64,000 nt of DNA from Camelus ferus (lineage: Eukaryota), in the NCBI RefSeq assembly GCF_009834535.1, contig NC_045697.1, positions 21,330,001 through 21,394,000 of the forward strand, in the 5' to 3' direction. Shown here one piece after another: positions 39,640 to 53,959 of the stretch; positions within the stretch are counted from its first letter, which is position 1, and each line of letters opens with the position of its first letter. The notes under the pieces are model-generated. The model was not told the origin of the DNA, searched no databases, and saw only the letters and a program-made list of their open reading frames with translations. A program made the translations under genes and the position numbers.

Positions 39640-40380
39640 CAATGCACCCAATTTTCTAAGCTTTTAGAATGGTGATCTCTTGATTCTTGAATTTATTTTA
39701 GTCCACCCATGTAATTAGTGGGTAGTCCTTAGTGACTCTGATTTGGAGTTATTTCTTCATATTTCATTTTCCATAACCATGCCTGATGCTACAGTGGTTT
39801 TCCTGGGGATCTCACGCCCAGACAGTTCATTTCACAAGCCCTGAATCTCTCTATCTCGGACTCTCACTTTTCTCTCCCTACCATATTCTGATAAAACTGT
39901 GTTTAACTCTCTTTCATAATCACCCCAGGAAAAACCTTTTCTCAAAGAAGGCTGGTGGCCAGCACAGTGCCCATCATTCATTAAAATCAGAATTTTTGTT
40001 TCCTTTGACTTTTTGGTAAAATAAAATGCAGCATTAAAAATAGAAACCAATTAACCAAAAATCTAATCTTTAGGAAAAAACATATTTATTTATTTTTTTC
40101 ATGCTATTATTCCCTCCTTAGCCTGTACATGTCCTTCTGTTTGTTAGAGGTGTGTTCCTAGAGTCCTTCGTTAGACCTTTCCCAAGACTGTTCCAGAATC
40201 ATGTAATATTTCATTTTCAGATCGTGTATATTATCTTTATGCCTTTTTCAGTTTATACTGTTACATTTTATTTTGTCTCTTCAATGAAGAGAAGGCTTTG
40301 CAGATCTATAATGTCTCAACTCATCACCAAACATAGTTCAGTGGATGTAGGAAAAAGGAACAAAATTTTAATTGCTTGAA
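39640..40380 (+). mobile_element. Eroded L2 LINE
   Basis: Pyrimidine-rich L2-like body and a weak 3' end near 40300-40380. Confidence 0.4.
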
Positions 40381-40589
40381 ACTCAGTTATTACATATTTC
40401 ATGTCCTTGACTTTTAGAAGCACGACCACCTCATATTAGAAATATGCTGATGTGGCTGTGTCTTTCAGATCTATATCTATACCTATTTCTAGATCTATAT
40501 CTATCTATTCATTTTATAATGTGTACAAATATAGCACATAATTAGAAAACTAGAAATTTTCACAGTTACCCACAATTTTACTATCCAGA

Positions 40590-40920
40590 GATCCTTTATG
40601 GAACATGAAGAATCTGTCCCATGCCTCTCTTCCAGGATCTGCCCAGCTTTGCTGGAAAGCTTTGGTGTTCTTTGGTTTGTTATCCATCTCCCCAGTCTCT
40701 GCCTGTATCTTCTCATGGTGTCCTCCCTGTGCACATGTCTATGTCCGAATTTTCCATTTTTTATAAGGACACCACTTATATTGGATTAGGATCTACCATG
40801 CTAATGACCTCATCTTAACTTGATAATCTATAAAGACCTTATTTCCAAATAACATCATTCACAGGTACTGGGGTTTAGGATAACAACATCTTTTGGGGTG
40901 ACAAAATTCAACCCATAACA
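40590..40920 (-). mobile_element. MLT1B/C-like MaLR LTR (partial)
   Basis: 'tttataaggacacc...attggattagg...atgacctcatcttaacttgat...aagaccttatttccaaataa...attcaacccataaca'. Confidence 0.85.
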
Positions 40921-41574
40921 GGTATCTTATCCTGAATAAGTGTCTCATTGGTGACTCATAGGTGAAGACCAGTCTTCACTGAAGTCCCAAGCAGAGCTGA
41001 TTACTGTGATGTTAGCAAGGCATCAGGGATTTCTTAAGGACCATCAAACAGAAGAATTCCATGATTCTGTTTGTAAGAGATAGAACTCAGCTCATGTCTT
41101 AAACCCACACAGTCAACAGATCCACATGAAAGTGTTGTTTCTTAAGTGAACACTGAATTATAGTTTAGGGTTAAAATCTCTCCCATCCCTTCCTATCTTT
41201 AATCCACTCAGGCACAGAAAAGGCATTCACAATAAGAACAAAAATTATATGCAGAGTAAGGACTGGTAATTAAGAAGAATTGGATCTTAAAGACTCCCCT
41301 CAATAGTCAGACTTGTTTGTGAGTAACCGTGGTGATATGAAAAAAGGAAGTATTGCCTTAGATAATTTCAGTTTCCATGTACTTTATTTACTTCAATCTT
41401 CCCCTGCCATATAGCTGGTTGGCTTCATCTACAACTGGGACTTGGCTGAAAAGTTTTTATCCACAATCACCCAAAGGATAATATAATTTCAGAATTGTAA
41501 TCAGAGTTCATGAGACTCAATTTATTTCTACTGGATAATGACTAAGGGCCAGGGAACAACTGAACATGATACTT

Positions 41575-42010
41575 AGAATCAGAAATTGAAATGCTGGAAG
41601 TGACAATGTCCCGGGGACTCGTCAGCCACTTTACTTCAAGATGAGAATCCTGCAATTAAGAGGCCAGCAGTTACTGGGCTGCTCAGCCAGGTCTCTTGAC
41701 TCCCAGTCCAATCTTCCTTCCAAAGGGATGTTTAAATGCAGGTTCCTGGTATCCTCTTTTACCTCTCTAATAATCCCTCATCTCTAAGATCTCAGGGGAC
41801 ATTCTGACAAAGAGATCAGATGCTCCAGAATGTTAGGGCTCTATCGAGCCTTGTAGATCAACTAGTAACTAGATTAGACTCTAGTCCAAACACCTCCCTT
41901 TACAGGGAGGAAAACTGGAGACCAGAGAGAGAAGCTGATTGGGTTCCTACCATTAGCCAGAGACATACCTGGTACTGGAACCAAGTTTCCTGGTAGAATT
42001 TAATGCTCTC
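41575..42010 (-). mobile_element. Two MIR fragments (~41575-41720 and ~41830-42010)
   Basis: 'caggtctcttgactcccagtccaat'; 'ctagtccaaacacctccctttacagggaggaaaactggagaccagagag'. Confidence 0.6.
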
Positions 42011-42059
42011 ATTCCTTCCTTCTTTGGATTGAATAACTCTTATGATTCAATTCAATTCA

Positions 42060-42800
42060 AATCTCCTTTGTTAGCTTATTAGCTATAATTTTGTTTTGTT
42101 TTGTTATTTAGTCATTTCTTCAAGGTTTATAGCATACATCTTTAACTTACCACAGTTTATGTTCAAGTCATGTTATATGACCCTCACATGTATATTATAA
42201 AAACCTTACTTTTCTCTCCTTCTAGCCTTTATCCTATTGTTGCCATACATTTTACTTAAGCACATGTTATAAACCCCTAAATGCATTTTATTATCTTTTG
42301 AACAGTCAATTATATTTTAAAGAGATTAATTAATATTTACACATTTACCCATGGATTTACCATGTCCTGTGTTCTTCATCCCTTTGTGTAGATCCATATT
42401 ACCATCTGCTATCATTTTTCTTTGGTGACACTTTTTTTCAGCTTTCATAGGCCTGAAAAAGTCTCTATTTCACTTACATTTTTTGAAGGATATTTTTGCT
42501 GGGTATAGAATTCTAGATTGATAAACTATGGCTGTCTTGATTTTCCCAGCATTCTAGGTTGGTCTCTTCAATTTAAGGAATCTGCTGAGCTGCAGCCTGC
42601 AAACTAGACAATAAGCTGGGGCAATCACAGGGCTCATCTCCTTAGTTTCACATTTTTCAGGGATTGTCTTTCTTCATTACCTGATGTACAGTGTCTTAAA
42701 AACTCTTGTTTCATATAATTTGCTTTTTTTTTTTTTTTTTTTGGTTGTTTCAGGTAGGAAGGCAAATTTGATGTTAGACACTTCATCTTGGCTCAGTAAT
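42060..42800 (-). mobile_element. L1MC/L1M4-like fragment (inter-ORF/ORF1 plus 5'UTR)
   Basis: 'gaaggatatttttgctgggtatagaattctagattga', 'gctggggcaatcacagggctcatctc...cagggattgtc'. Confidence 0.65.
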
Positions 42801-43669
42801 CAGACACTGAGTTTTATATTTTATTCTGGAAAGACTGTCTCATTTTATACATTTTTTTTTCAGATTGCCTTTACTTCTTTTGCATTTAACAATTTGATAT
42901 ATCTGAAATCTATTTTATTGTGTTGTAAGAAATAAATATGTGACTGTATCCTTTTTCAAATATTTAATCAATTTTCTTTAAATTATTAATTAAATTATGT
43001 CTTTTTTATCCAATGTTTGGTCTTTATCATATTTCAAATATATAATTTGAAGTAAGCATCTGATGTACAAATACTATGATTTCTTGTTCAAATAACATCA
43101 TTTCATTACTATAACAGCTAATAGGAAAACAAGTTGAATGTTAATCTACTTTTCCCACATATTTTGGGTTAGTTTTACCTACTTTCACTTCCAAATATAT
43201 TTGGGGGATTATTTTGTCAATGTCTTATGTTTATTAATTAATTGCAAAACATAAAATCCTTAACAACATTTAATGTTCTCATGGAATACTATCCCTTAAT
43301 GTCATCAAGCTTTCCATTTTGGGCTCTTTAGGCAAATTGTTTTTTAGTGTTTATCATACAAGTCCTGAGTTATCTTGGCATCTCAAAAACTCTTAATTTT
43401 TATATTACTCTATTGCTTGTTTCTTCTATCACAGCTCTTCATCATGGTCAATGATGTTCTCAGTCATGATCCTACTTCACTATTACTGCTGCTACTGCTA
43501 CTGCTATTACTACAAACACTCTTACCATGTCCAGTATTTTATCTCAAATTCAGTTATTCATCCATTTCAGGTGAACAGAATTCAAAATTTCCCCACATAC
43601 TCAAATTTTATAGAAGCATACTTATGAGTGAAGTAGTAGATTTGAAAGCATTTCAGAAAGATATTAGGA

Positions 43670-43890
43670 GCTAATGTAGACTGTGAACTCTGTGCTGGGA
43701 GCCATAATTTCATCATCCTATTTAATCTTCATAACATATTACACAACAGGGCTATTCCTATCACCAGTTAACAGGAAGGAACTCAGATTTGTAACATCTA
43801 CATGTCCCTCATACCGTGTCAGTGGTGGAGCCAGAACCTGAACCCTATCAGCCAGGCTCCAGACTCATTCATTGCATCACAGCATTGCTC
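43670..43890 (-). mobile_element. MIR SINE
   Basis: 'tatttaatcttcataac...aacaggaaggaactcag...agtggtggagccagaacctgaaccc'. Confidence 0.65.
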
Positions 43891-46387
43891 TTCACACTTA
43901 AATGGATTCAGTCTGTTTTCACAAAGGGCAAGTTCAGATAGGAGCATCTTGGTTCTTAGGTAGTAATTTGTGTTCCATAAGCTCTGTCTTAGTTCCTAGC
44001 ATTGTCCTTGATGCAGAGAAGAGATTTCTGAAGAGTGATTATATGTTTATTAGGCCACTGAGTTATGAACTAGGTAGAAATAATTATTTTATTTTCTATA
44101 TTTAAACATGGTTAATATTAAGTTACAAGTTTTAGTACAAATGTCTGTATGATTTCTCAATTTTTTATTCCTGAAAATTCCTTACAGAAATCATTGTTGT
44201 GGTTTGTTTATTTTGGTGCAATCAACAACATAGACTGACAACTCTGTTTCTCAAAAAAACTACTTCATATTATATTAAATATTTTGGACACAGGAAAATT
44301 TATTAGTAGAGATATCTTATATAAATTTTGGAAAGAGTTCAGGATTTTGTGAATAAACATTTATAAAGGTTGCCAAAACAATGACAGCAACAAAAATAGA
44401 AGTACATCTTTTTTGTAACATACTAACAATAGGGGAATAACCACATAAAGAAAACAAAAATATGTGCTTCCATAGTTAAATTTCATGAAAGTATTTTAAA
44501 AAAAAAAAAATCATTGAGTCACTGCAGAAAGTAGAAGAAATGGAGGAATAAAGATGACTGGGAACAAAAACCAAACCAAAAAATTATTAACCATATCTAA
44601 TAAACCCATCTGCAAGGGTATTATCAATATTAGTTTAATATTATTCTATGGAAGAATAGTTACAATTGGAATTATTTCACAAAAGCAGAAGCTTAGAAAT
44701 AATAAACATTTTGCTTTTACAAATGTATACAGAGGGATCCAAAGCTCAGTCTTTAGAAACTCTCTCTCTGAGTGCATTAAGTTAGGCTTATAATTTCAAC
44801 TTGAGACAATTTACATGGCTACCTAACCAGTATACTATTGAAGTGTATATTTAATTGCTTTTGCCATAATACATTCTAAATTACTTTATGACCCAGGGAA
44901 ATCTGCATTAAACTCTGTTTAACAGTAAGTTAAATAGGAATCACTAAGAACTGTTCCTTACCTTGAGGAATTTGAAATTTAATACAATTTTATTTCATTA
45001 TACATTTTAATAAATCTATCCATTTTTATGATATCTATGTCTATCTAAGCATGTGAAATTGTCCTATCATTTTACATAGTTCAAACCACATTGCTATTTG
45101 AAATTAATAGAAAACTGGATCAATTTTATTTTTGCCATTGTTGAATCTCTACTATGTCCATGCCACCAGACACTGAATCTTACTTGATCCTAATTTGGAG
45201 TATGTCTAACCTAAAAGGTATTAATTTTTGGTATTTTGAGAATTAATAAAATTATATTGCATAGATTTTTCTCTCCATAAAATCATCTGCATTTCCCTCT
45301 TAACAGCATGTAAACAAGATAAATGCAAAGATAAGCAAGACTGCATTAACATATCTTGTATTGAAAGAATCTTAACAATCAAACATTGCTTATATCAGAA
45401 AAACTAATTTTCATTCAGAAAATTTACAGCTTGTCACCTACATATGTTCCTCCCCATTGATTTTGTATAGCTTCCTTTTCACAAGCAGGTATTTTCAATA
45501 TGATTTTATTACTCCAATTCATTAACCTGACAGAAACATTTCAAATTAAAGAATGTTTCAATCAATAGGTTCCAGTCCACTTAAAACCACTTTGGCCATT
45601 CTAACTTAATATTTTATATGTTTAGAATAAAAACAAGTGTGATTTCCAAGAAAACCTGTATACAGATCCAGTTTCAAAAAGTTGTATACCTGACTCTTCA
45701 GTCGAAGTACTAAAAACTGTTGAGACAAAGACAGTGTTGAGTCATGGTCTGGCATTTAGCAACTAAACACCAAAGCCTCTTTTGTGGATTTCATGATTCA
45801 GTATTCACATTGACTTATTTTTGCAGCTCAAATCATCCTTATATAAAATTCGTGAATATTTTTGTATAATTCTGCTAACTATGTTTATTATGAATATATT
45901 CTATGGAGCCAAACCCAGTATATATTTTAGAATATATAAAAATAAATTTTATTGTCTATCATGTCATTTTGTTTGATTGTAATTGGACATACTTTCATGT
46001 CAAGTATTTAGATTTTTTTTTTTAACAACTATGTTTTATCACTCTATTTTCCTGGGTTGTTCTGTAAGGCCCTTTGCAAGCTTATGGCTCTGGTACCTTA
46101 TACTGACTGGAAGGTCTGGAATGTTTCTCTGTTGATTCTATGCATGTTTGAAACATTATTCATTACTTAACTAATGCTCTGTACTAGACACTGTAAGTAC
46201 AAATCATTAAAAATACAGTTATTATTAGTAGCTTAAAATATTTGTAAATAAGCAGGCATTAGTCTACTTTTATGAACCAGTAATAAAACAATTGCCATTA
46301 TATAAAAATATATCTAGGTAATTATATATTTTTAAATACTAACTTTGAATAGAGTAAGTTACTTAGAAATATAGATGAGACAGGGTT

Positions 46388-46495
46388 TATGGTCCATCTG
46401 GGCTGCTATAACAAATTACCATAGATTTAGTGGCTTAAACAATAACCATTTACTTCTCACAGTTCTGGAGGATGGGAAGTCCAGGAGCAAGGCAA
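46388..46495 (-). mobile_element. MLT1A-like LTR terminal fragment
   Basis: 'gggctgctataacaaattaccatagatttagtggcttaaacaa...tctcacagttctggaggatgggaagtccaggagcaagg'. Confidence 0.8.
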
Positions 46496-47624
46496 ATATA
46501 AAATTTTAAATAATGATAATACTAGTAATAATGTGATAAAACACACCAAGTAAATAAGTATAGAATATCAGTGAACTTGTTTTTTTAATTACTCTATGCT
46601 CATTTGGAATGGGTCTACAAGATAACATAAGACTCTACACAGAACAATCTCTTTCCAAATTTAGCCCATACTTCTGTCTGAAGTTAACTCTCACATGGGA
46701 TATTTGGCTTCCAATGGTGGTCTTGTTTGCCATTAAGGAATGATTTTTGTCCTTAAGTTCTGCTTTCAGATCCAACATTTCTAGTCTTTGTCCTGCCACA
46801 ACTAATTATTTTTCTTTATAATAGGATCTGCCTGACCTAATCTAAAGGTGAAGAGGTCTGTACAAGCCTGATACAACTTTTACACTATCTTCTGTCAGGT
46901 CAAAACATTAGAGTTATTCTAATCTGACTTGATCCAATGGTAGACTCTAAATTACACCAGGTAGTAAGAGAATAGCATGCATTTATATGATCTTCCATAA
47001 GTAATAATCTTCTTAGTTGAGAGTTTTGATGAGATTCAGTTTGAGGTTTTGTCCCTCATTGAGAACTCAGAGCATATATATTTTATTATCCTCATTAATA
47101 ACATACCTTATCCCATTAAAAAAGAGGTGAGCAAGTATAATGACTGACATTGTTCTTCTGTAACTTGAAGAAGATTAATGATATTTTCAGTCAAATAGAA
47201 AGCCAATACCTCAAAACAAATGTATACAAATTTTCAAATTGATAAATATTCTGGAATATGGAATTTATGCTGCTATGTTATATCTCTATTCTATTTCTGG
47301 AAGCATAAGGCATAGAGGAAGGCATTATTATCACATATATATATAAATATATAAATATAGGTGATTATTATGTATCAATAATGTAACAAAGATCAGTCAC
47401 ATTAAACATTAAGTTCTCCTGCCACCAATCATGACATATTGTGGTGAACCATTGTCTTTAGACTTTCAGCATACAACAGATGACTATTTTATCTATAGAA
47501 AGTCCCCGGTTAACTAAAATATTTATAATTTTACTACTCACATTGGGTAAATTTTTGTATCCCCCCTTGGTGCCATTTTAGCTTTGCTTTTCTCTCTGTC
47601 TCATTATTTCCCCTTCCTGCCTCT

Positions 47625-47648
47625 GCGTGTGTGTGTGTGTGTGTGTGT
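47625..47648. repeat. (TG)n microsatellite
   Basis: gcgtgtgtgtgtgtgtgtgtgtgt. Confidence 0.9.
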
Positions 47649-50269
47649 ACTTGCTTTCCCTTATTAGCAGAAGTCTTTTAGGTCTCCTGTGAGAACTTCG
47701 TTCTCAATAGGCAACCAAATCTCTAGCTTTTTCCTAATCTCCAAACTATAGTGACATTTTAATAATTCAAAATTACTAAGAATTGCTAAAAATTCCATGC
47801 AATGAAAATAAATCATTTTCTTAAAATTCCACTAGAAAAATAACAAATTCTAGGAAAGATGACTGCACATTAATGAGATGTTCCTCAATTTTCTCTTCAA
47901 TCTGCTTATATTTTTCAATCATTCAATTTCAAATTAATTCTTCTAATTGCATAGTACCTACCTGACGGTTGACATAACACGTGCATAAAATTCAAAACAA
48001 TGCCTGGCACTCAATAAACATTTCCTATTTTGCAATCTCTTTATCAGTTTTGAGCTTTATAATTTTTTATGAAATATATTAATTCTTTAAAACATTTCTT
48101 AAAATGTAGTCTCTGTGCTGGGGATTCAGTGAAACACAAAACAAACCTGCTCTTCAAAAGAGCCCAGAGTCACACACTTATACCTAGAAACCTAAATAAA
48201 AACTAAAATAGAAGGCAGCAGCCCTATGTAATACATAATATAAAATCCACAATGTAAAAACTTAATAATTTGGTCAAAGTTTTCTAGGAACTTACAGTAC
48301 AATCAATAACAGTTTCATATAAAAAACTACATTTTTTCTATGGGAAATAGTCATGGGACTCTGTTTAAATATATATTTTAAAAATAGTACTATCAAGCAG
48401 ACCAGGAATTCTTCAGCTTATCCAAAAGGACTTCCAAATGCTTTAGTGTCTACCAATCCTGGGAGCCCTGATGTGGGTAGAGAGACACGTGCCTTTCTGA
48501 ACATTGAAAACAAATTTTTAAATCAAGACTTGTGTTTTGTTTCCCCTGTCTTACATAATTTGTACTACTGTTATTTAGTGTTACATGAATAATAAGGAAG
48601 CCACGCTACATCTGAAAATTGCTTCTTTTCCTTAGCTGTATCTTTCACAAAATATTCTCTGTTTTTCCATTGATATCTGAGGATTTATGTACCTTATTCC
48701 ACTGTGCCTTGATTGGAGAATAAATTCCTGCAATATATTTCTTTTTCCTGACTTTGTTATATATCTATATTTCAGACCAAATGTTACTGTCATATTTTTA
48801 GTGCTTTTACCACACAAGCTACAGATAATCCAATCAGACCAACCAACATAATTCATTTCTTGCTCGGCTCAAAATACATATGCTTGAAAAATGTTTCTGA
48901 AAACTTAACAATAGTTACCAGGTGCCTTCAGTTTTTGAAGACAGTTTTTCTTGCTGAATTTTATAGAAGAAAAACAAGAGCAAATCCTGAAAGGAGAGTT
49001 GTTATTACCACTTACGTTCATAACCCCCAATCTGACACAACAAAAGAAAATACGTTTGTTAATGTAAATACATTGTTAGAATCTCTGTAATAAGAATGTC
49101 AGTGTAGGGTTAAGCATCCAATAGTTTATATGATATCCATTCTATGATTTTTCTCTGTATGGTATTTATCTGTACACTTTCAGTTCACAGCATAGCATCT
49201 GGTGGAATATTGTTTTAAAATATTGTATTAAATTAATTTGATCAACTCACACACCAATGACTGTTAAGACATGTTGTTTGTACCTTAAAATACAGGCAAC
49301 ATTCATTCCATATAATAATAATCATTCAACTCAAACATTTTTTTTAGGAAAAGCAAGCAATATTCCAAGTAAAAATTAAAGGAATCATTTCATTCTAACA
49401 GTAAAATGATCAATCATAAAGCAGTTACGTTATATTGAGTCCAATTGTTTATTACATAGAATTAGGATGCAGAATTATCCTGGAGATGCAATTGGAACCT
49501 ATGAATGTCCCAGCCACTTCAAAAATCACCTTAAAGAAGACTACTTGGAGTATAGTAGGTACAAAACTAATTAACTTTGGATTTGTTTGTTACATGAAAT
49601 GGTTGCAAGTTTGAGCATTGATATGATCATCAAAAAGTGGTCCTTCAGGGAAATGCGTTTTCACACAGGTATGCATCATGGATGTTTGCAGTCTTGTATA
49701 TGAAATACCTCCCCAGTACAAAAATGTAGAAGATATAAAAGTAATTTTTAGTAGTAACAAATGTAAAGGATTCAAATTAAAATTTTAGATGGATATGAAT
49801 ATGGATCATTATTTTAATTAATTTGAATTGACATGTAGACTCAAAAATTATCAATGTGTTTTGCATTTAGCAGCCACAAATTTAGAAAAGGAAGTTACTC
49901 TAGTTAAGGCTATTACTGCATCCTTAAGTGACCACTTAGGAAATTTTATCATAAAGCCAAAATACTAATGCTTATATTTCAAATGTCAAAGTTAGACTGT
50001 TTGAAACTGGTTTTAATTTAACGTAAAAGAACATTTTGTCTATGCAGATTATACATGGTAATTTTTTTTTATTTTAAAATTATTTGTCCATGGTTACTTA
50101 AATTTTTACTGAGTGAAAAATTCATGGAAGATACTTTATTATTTACTACTAGTAATATAAAGATGAGTAACTTTTAATATCTTCCCTCCAGGTGCGTATA
50201 GTCCAGTTGTCATAATAACCCTATTTTTATAACACAAATAAAAATTTTGGAAAGTGGTTTCAAATGCAC

Positions 50270-50790
50270 CCAGATGCTATCAAAATTCAAAGAAAGAAAA
50301 TTCACTTCCATCATCTTGAAGGAAGGTGACATTTAAGTCAGGTTTCGAAGACAAATAAAATTCAGCACAATGAGAAGGGCTGAGAGAGGGTATTAAAATA
50401 TGGAGGAGGGAAGCCACATGGTGTGTTCTAGGAATGATGAGCAAGTCAGATTGGCTGCATCATTTAACATATATTGAGAAACAGTGTGAGAAAAGTTTGG
50501 AATATATAGCTCATGCAAAGATCCAAATAATCAGATCAAACTTTAAAACAGTATGGCCGTAATAGGTAGCTGTCAGTTTCTGAGCAGGGAAACTTGATGA
50601 AAATTTCTTTGATTTAGGGCTGTTAATTTGACAAATATGTGTAGAATGACTTGGAAGACAAATTTACTAGAAGTATTTAAAAGAGTTAATGGAAGGGCTA
50701 TGAGATTGAGGTGTGGGTCAGGGGAGTCTAAAGTAATGTCCTGGGAAACAGAAACACTAAGGACTTAAACTAAAGTGGCACGTGGAAGTG
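50270..50790 (-). mobile_element. L2 LINE fragment
   Basis: 'ggaaggtgacatttaagtcaggtttcgaagac', 'catggtgtgttctaggaatg', 'tttctgagcaggga'. Confidence 0.6.
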
Positions 50791-51327
50791 AAGACCTGTT
50801 GTCCACACGATCTTTGTGTTCACCTTCCGTAGCTTAAAGCTATTGCTAAGAAACAGGATCCAGCCTGGGATTGTAGTTTTTAACCCCACTGCAGCAAGGC
50901 ATAGCTGAGCATCTGAAGACAATTAAAGGCATGAAAGGACACAAGCTTGTGCAATTGTTAGAAGTGAATGAGAAGCAAATTTATCTCCAACAATTTTTGT
51001 CCCCCAGTACTAATTGAAAGCAAAAAGATTTTGAAGTCCTAGAGATGCCAAAAATTAAAGATAGGAGCCCAGTTTCCTAAATTACCATGAGCAACGAGGC
51101 CCCTTGAAAATCTGAAAAAGGAGTGAAGTGTTAAGTTTTTGAGGATCTAAGGTTTGGGGTTTTAATAATTAGAACTAGCCTTACCCTCTTGGTTAAAGTT
51201 ACTACAAACACACACACACAAAAACCTAAATATGTTTAATTTTAAGGTTTTAAAATTATTTATTAATCATGATTATTTATGTATTCAAACAATATGCAAG
51301 ATATATTCAATTCCATTATCCAAGTAT

Positions 51328-52457
51328 AGAAACGAAGGCTCCTTGGGGAATGGCTGGCTCTAGGCCTTGGGCAGAATAGATCCAAAATAAGCCTGAAGCA
51401 TCTTACAGTGTCAGAAACACACAAGTTCACACACACAGGGAATATATCACAGGAACAGAGAAACCAACTGAAAGATCTCCTAGTGGATTAAGTCCCAGTG
51501 GACTAATAATTTGAGCATCAAAGCAAATAAAAAAGATTAGAATAAAAAGCAAATATCCATGAGTCCATGTTAATATAAATAATTTGACACATACATACAT
51601 ACATACATACATAAAAAGAAACATCTTCCATGCAGAAGAACTTTAAAAAAAAAAGTATATGGATATTCTACCTTCAAAGAGGTGGGCATAATTTCTCACT
51701 TCTTAAATTTGGCCTGAGCCTGGTAATTTACTTCCAAGGGGTACAGTATGGAAAGGAAGAAGAGTAACTTCAAGGTTGAAAAAGCTAGAGGGTATAGCTC
51801 AGAGGTAGAGTGTGTGCTTAGCATGCATGAGGGCCTGGGTTCAATCCCCAGTACCTCTATTAAAAATAAATGACTAAACAAATAAATAAACCTAATTACC
51901 TCCCCCAACAAAAAAAAACAAACCTTTTTTTAAGGTGGAGAAACTGCCAAACACTATCTCAGCTAAGTGATTCATATGAACTGTTGTAAGTCAGGTTGGT
52001 AATATGAACCCTTAATACAATGTGATAAATGGTACTTTATCTTAATGGTCTTCCTCCTAAAAACCCATAACCCCAGTCTAATTATGAGAAAATTACCCAA
52101 CAAATGGCAGTTGAGAACCAATATTACTCAAAACTGTCAACGTCATCAAAAGCCAAGAAAATCTTGAGAAATTATCACAAACAGGACACACGATATGACA
52201 GGATAACTAAATGTAATGTGGCGTTTGAATGGAACCTCAAAACAAAAAATAACTTTAGATAAAAGCTAATAAGCTCCATTACTCATTCAGATTTCATAAC
52301 AATGTATCAGAATTGATTCACTGATTGTGACAATAATACCATAAAAATGCAAGATGTTAATAATAAGAGAAACTGGTGGTATATGGGAACGTCCCCTACA
52401 ATCTTCACAAATTTTCTATAAGATGAAAACTATCTTAAAATAAAAATTTTATTCAAA
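51328..52457 (+). mobile_element. L1MD-like 3'UTR, interrupted by a SINE
   Basis: 'ggctccttggggaatggctggctctagg', 'aaaacccataaccccagtctaattatgagaaaa', terminal 'aaactatcttaaaataaaaattttatt'. Confidence 0.75.
51787..51931 (+). mobile_element. Camelid tRNA-derived SINE (Vic-1-like)
   Basis: A box tagctcagagg, B box ggttcaatcc, tail 'aataaataaacctaattacctccccc'. TSD aaggttgaaaaagct / aaggtggagaaact. Confidence 0.85.
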
Positions 52458-53419
52458 ATGGTAATAATTATGGAACAACTACACAAAAAAGCAGTCATAC
52501 ATGACAAAGAATACTTTATAAAATAACTTATTCCAGAAAGCAGATTAAGCACCTTATCAGTATATTTATCCATTCTTCGGGACAAAAGTATTTTGGGAAG
52601 CAATTCTCTGTGGGTTTTTGCTCACATTTTGTGAGTGAGCCAGTAATTACCTTCCTGTTCCAGACTATCCTTTTAATGCTTTCTATATGGCAAACTTTGT
52701 ATATATCAAACATTTCTCTATATCATACAGCCTTGAAAGATAGAGTTAAGAACAGGTTCATTTCCTGCCAACTATAAAAGATTCAGACTCCTTCAGCTCA
52801 TGTTTCGTCTACTGTAACACAGCTCATTGTTTGTGACAGTGACAGACAGGGCTTTCATGAACCCTGTGAAAGGCGGGGCTCAGAGAACTAGTGCAAGAAA
52901 ATGCTGATACAATGGAGAGCGCTTAAATATTAAAGTGTCCTTCGTCTGTAGCCTAGAAATCTTGTTTAGTCGACTAGTATCTGCAAAACCGGTCAAGTTA
53001 ATAGACTGCAGGGAGGGTAACACTTCCTACTTCATGATTCTTGATAAAGGACCTCACAATGCCGGGCTGGTAGATGTAATTCTTGGTGAGAAGCAGCGAC
53101 CCCTACGTGTGCTAGGAGCAGCCTTTCCTTTCCCTAAGGGGAGTGTCTATGGTAGTCATCCATTGTTGTACATCAAGTGTTGTAATTAAATTATGTTCAT
53201 TCATACATTTTCAGGCCATGGGATCTACTATCCAGACATAATAAAGAAGAGTGTATATTCAGATCTGATAAAGTGGCATCTCCTTTGGCTGAGGGCACTT
53301 TGTGCATGGGAAGAAGTACTTGCAAAGTATTTTGTGGACTGATAGTCAGACTTTGGCCCAGACGTACTGCTGTGTTTTTGGGTTTTGTTTTTGTTTTCCT
53401 GGCAAGTAACTATAAGGCC

Positions 53420-53764
53420 AGGAATTATGTTTCTAGTATCCTTAAGTGTAAGCACAACTGCATAACTAATGGATATAAAATGAAGTGATGTACAATTTCC
53501 TGGACAATGGGATAAAATTTATATGAGTTTTCTATGTCCTTTATCAGCTATCTGCCTGCTTGGAGAAAAGGACTCTGTGGCCCTCTGAGATGACTGACCC
53601 ATAAATTGGTAGGATTCTGTGTCTCTGAGTCACTATGTAAAATGCCAGCTATTGAATACACTCATCAAAATATTGCATGACTAAGAGGTAAACATATTTG
53701 TGTTAAGATACTAAGTATTGAAGCTTTATTTATCATCACAACTAACATTAACCTAACTAATGCA
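53420..53764 (+). mobile_element. Old MLT1 (F-J-like) LTR fragment
   Basis: 3' end 'tttgtgttaagatactaagtattgaag...ttaacctaactaatgca'. Confidence 0.55.
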
Positions 53765-53959
53765 AAGATAGTGAAAAAGAACGGCAATTAGAGAAATATG
53801 CTTTGGTGATATCAGTAGATTTTGCTAATTTATGGAAAGGTAAACAAAAAGATAATTTCTGTGCCATCTAGAGGAGAATAAGTTTTGGAGGTTAAATTCT
53901 TAGATTTCTTTTAAAATTCCTATCTAGACCTTACAAATACTTATTTTGATTTGAGAGTT

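Noticed and set aside
43375..43674. Poly-Leu signal-peptide-like ORF
   Set aside because: Produced by an imperfect (CTG/CTA)n repeat at ~43480-43512; no other coding evidence.
51787..51860. tRNA gene
   Set aside because: A/B boxes are present, but the acceptor stem does not pair, and it carries a SINE tail and TSD.
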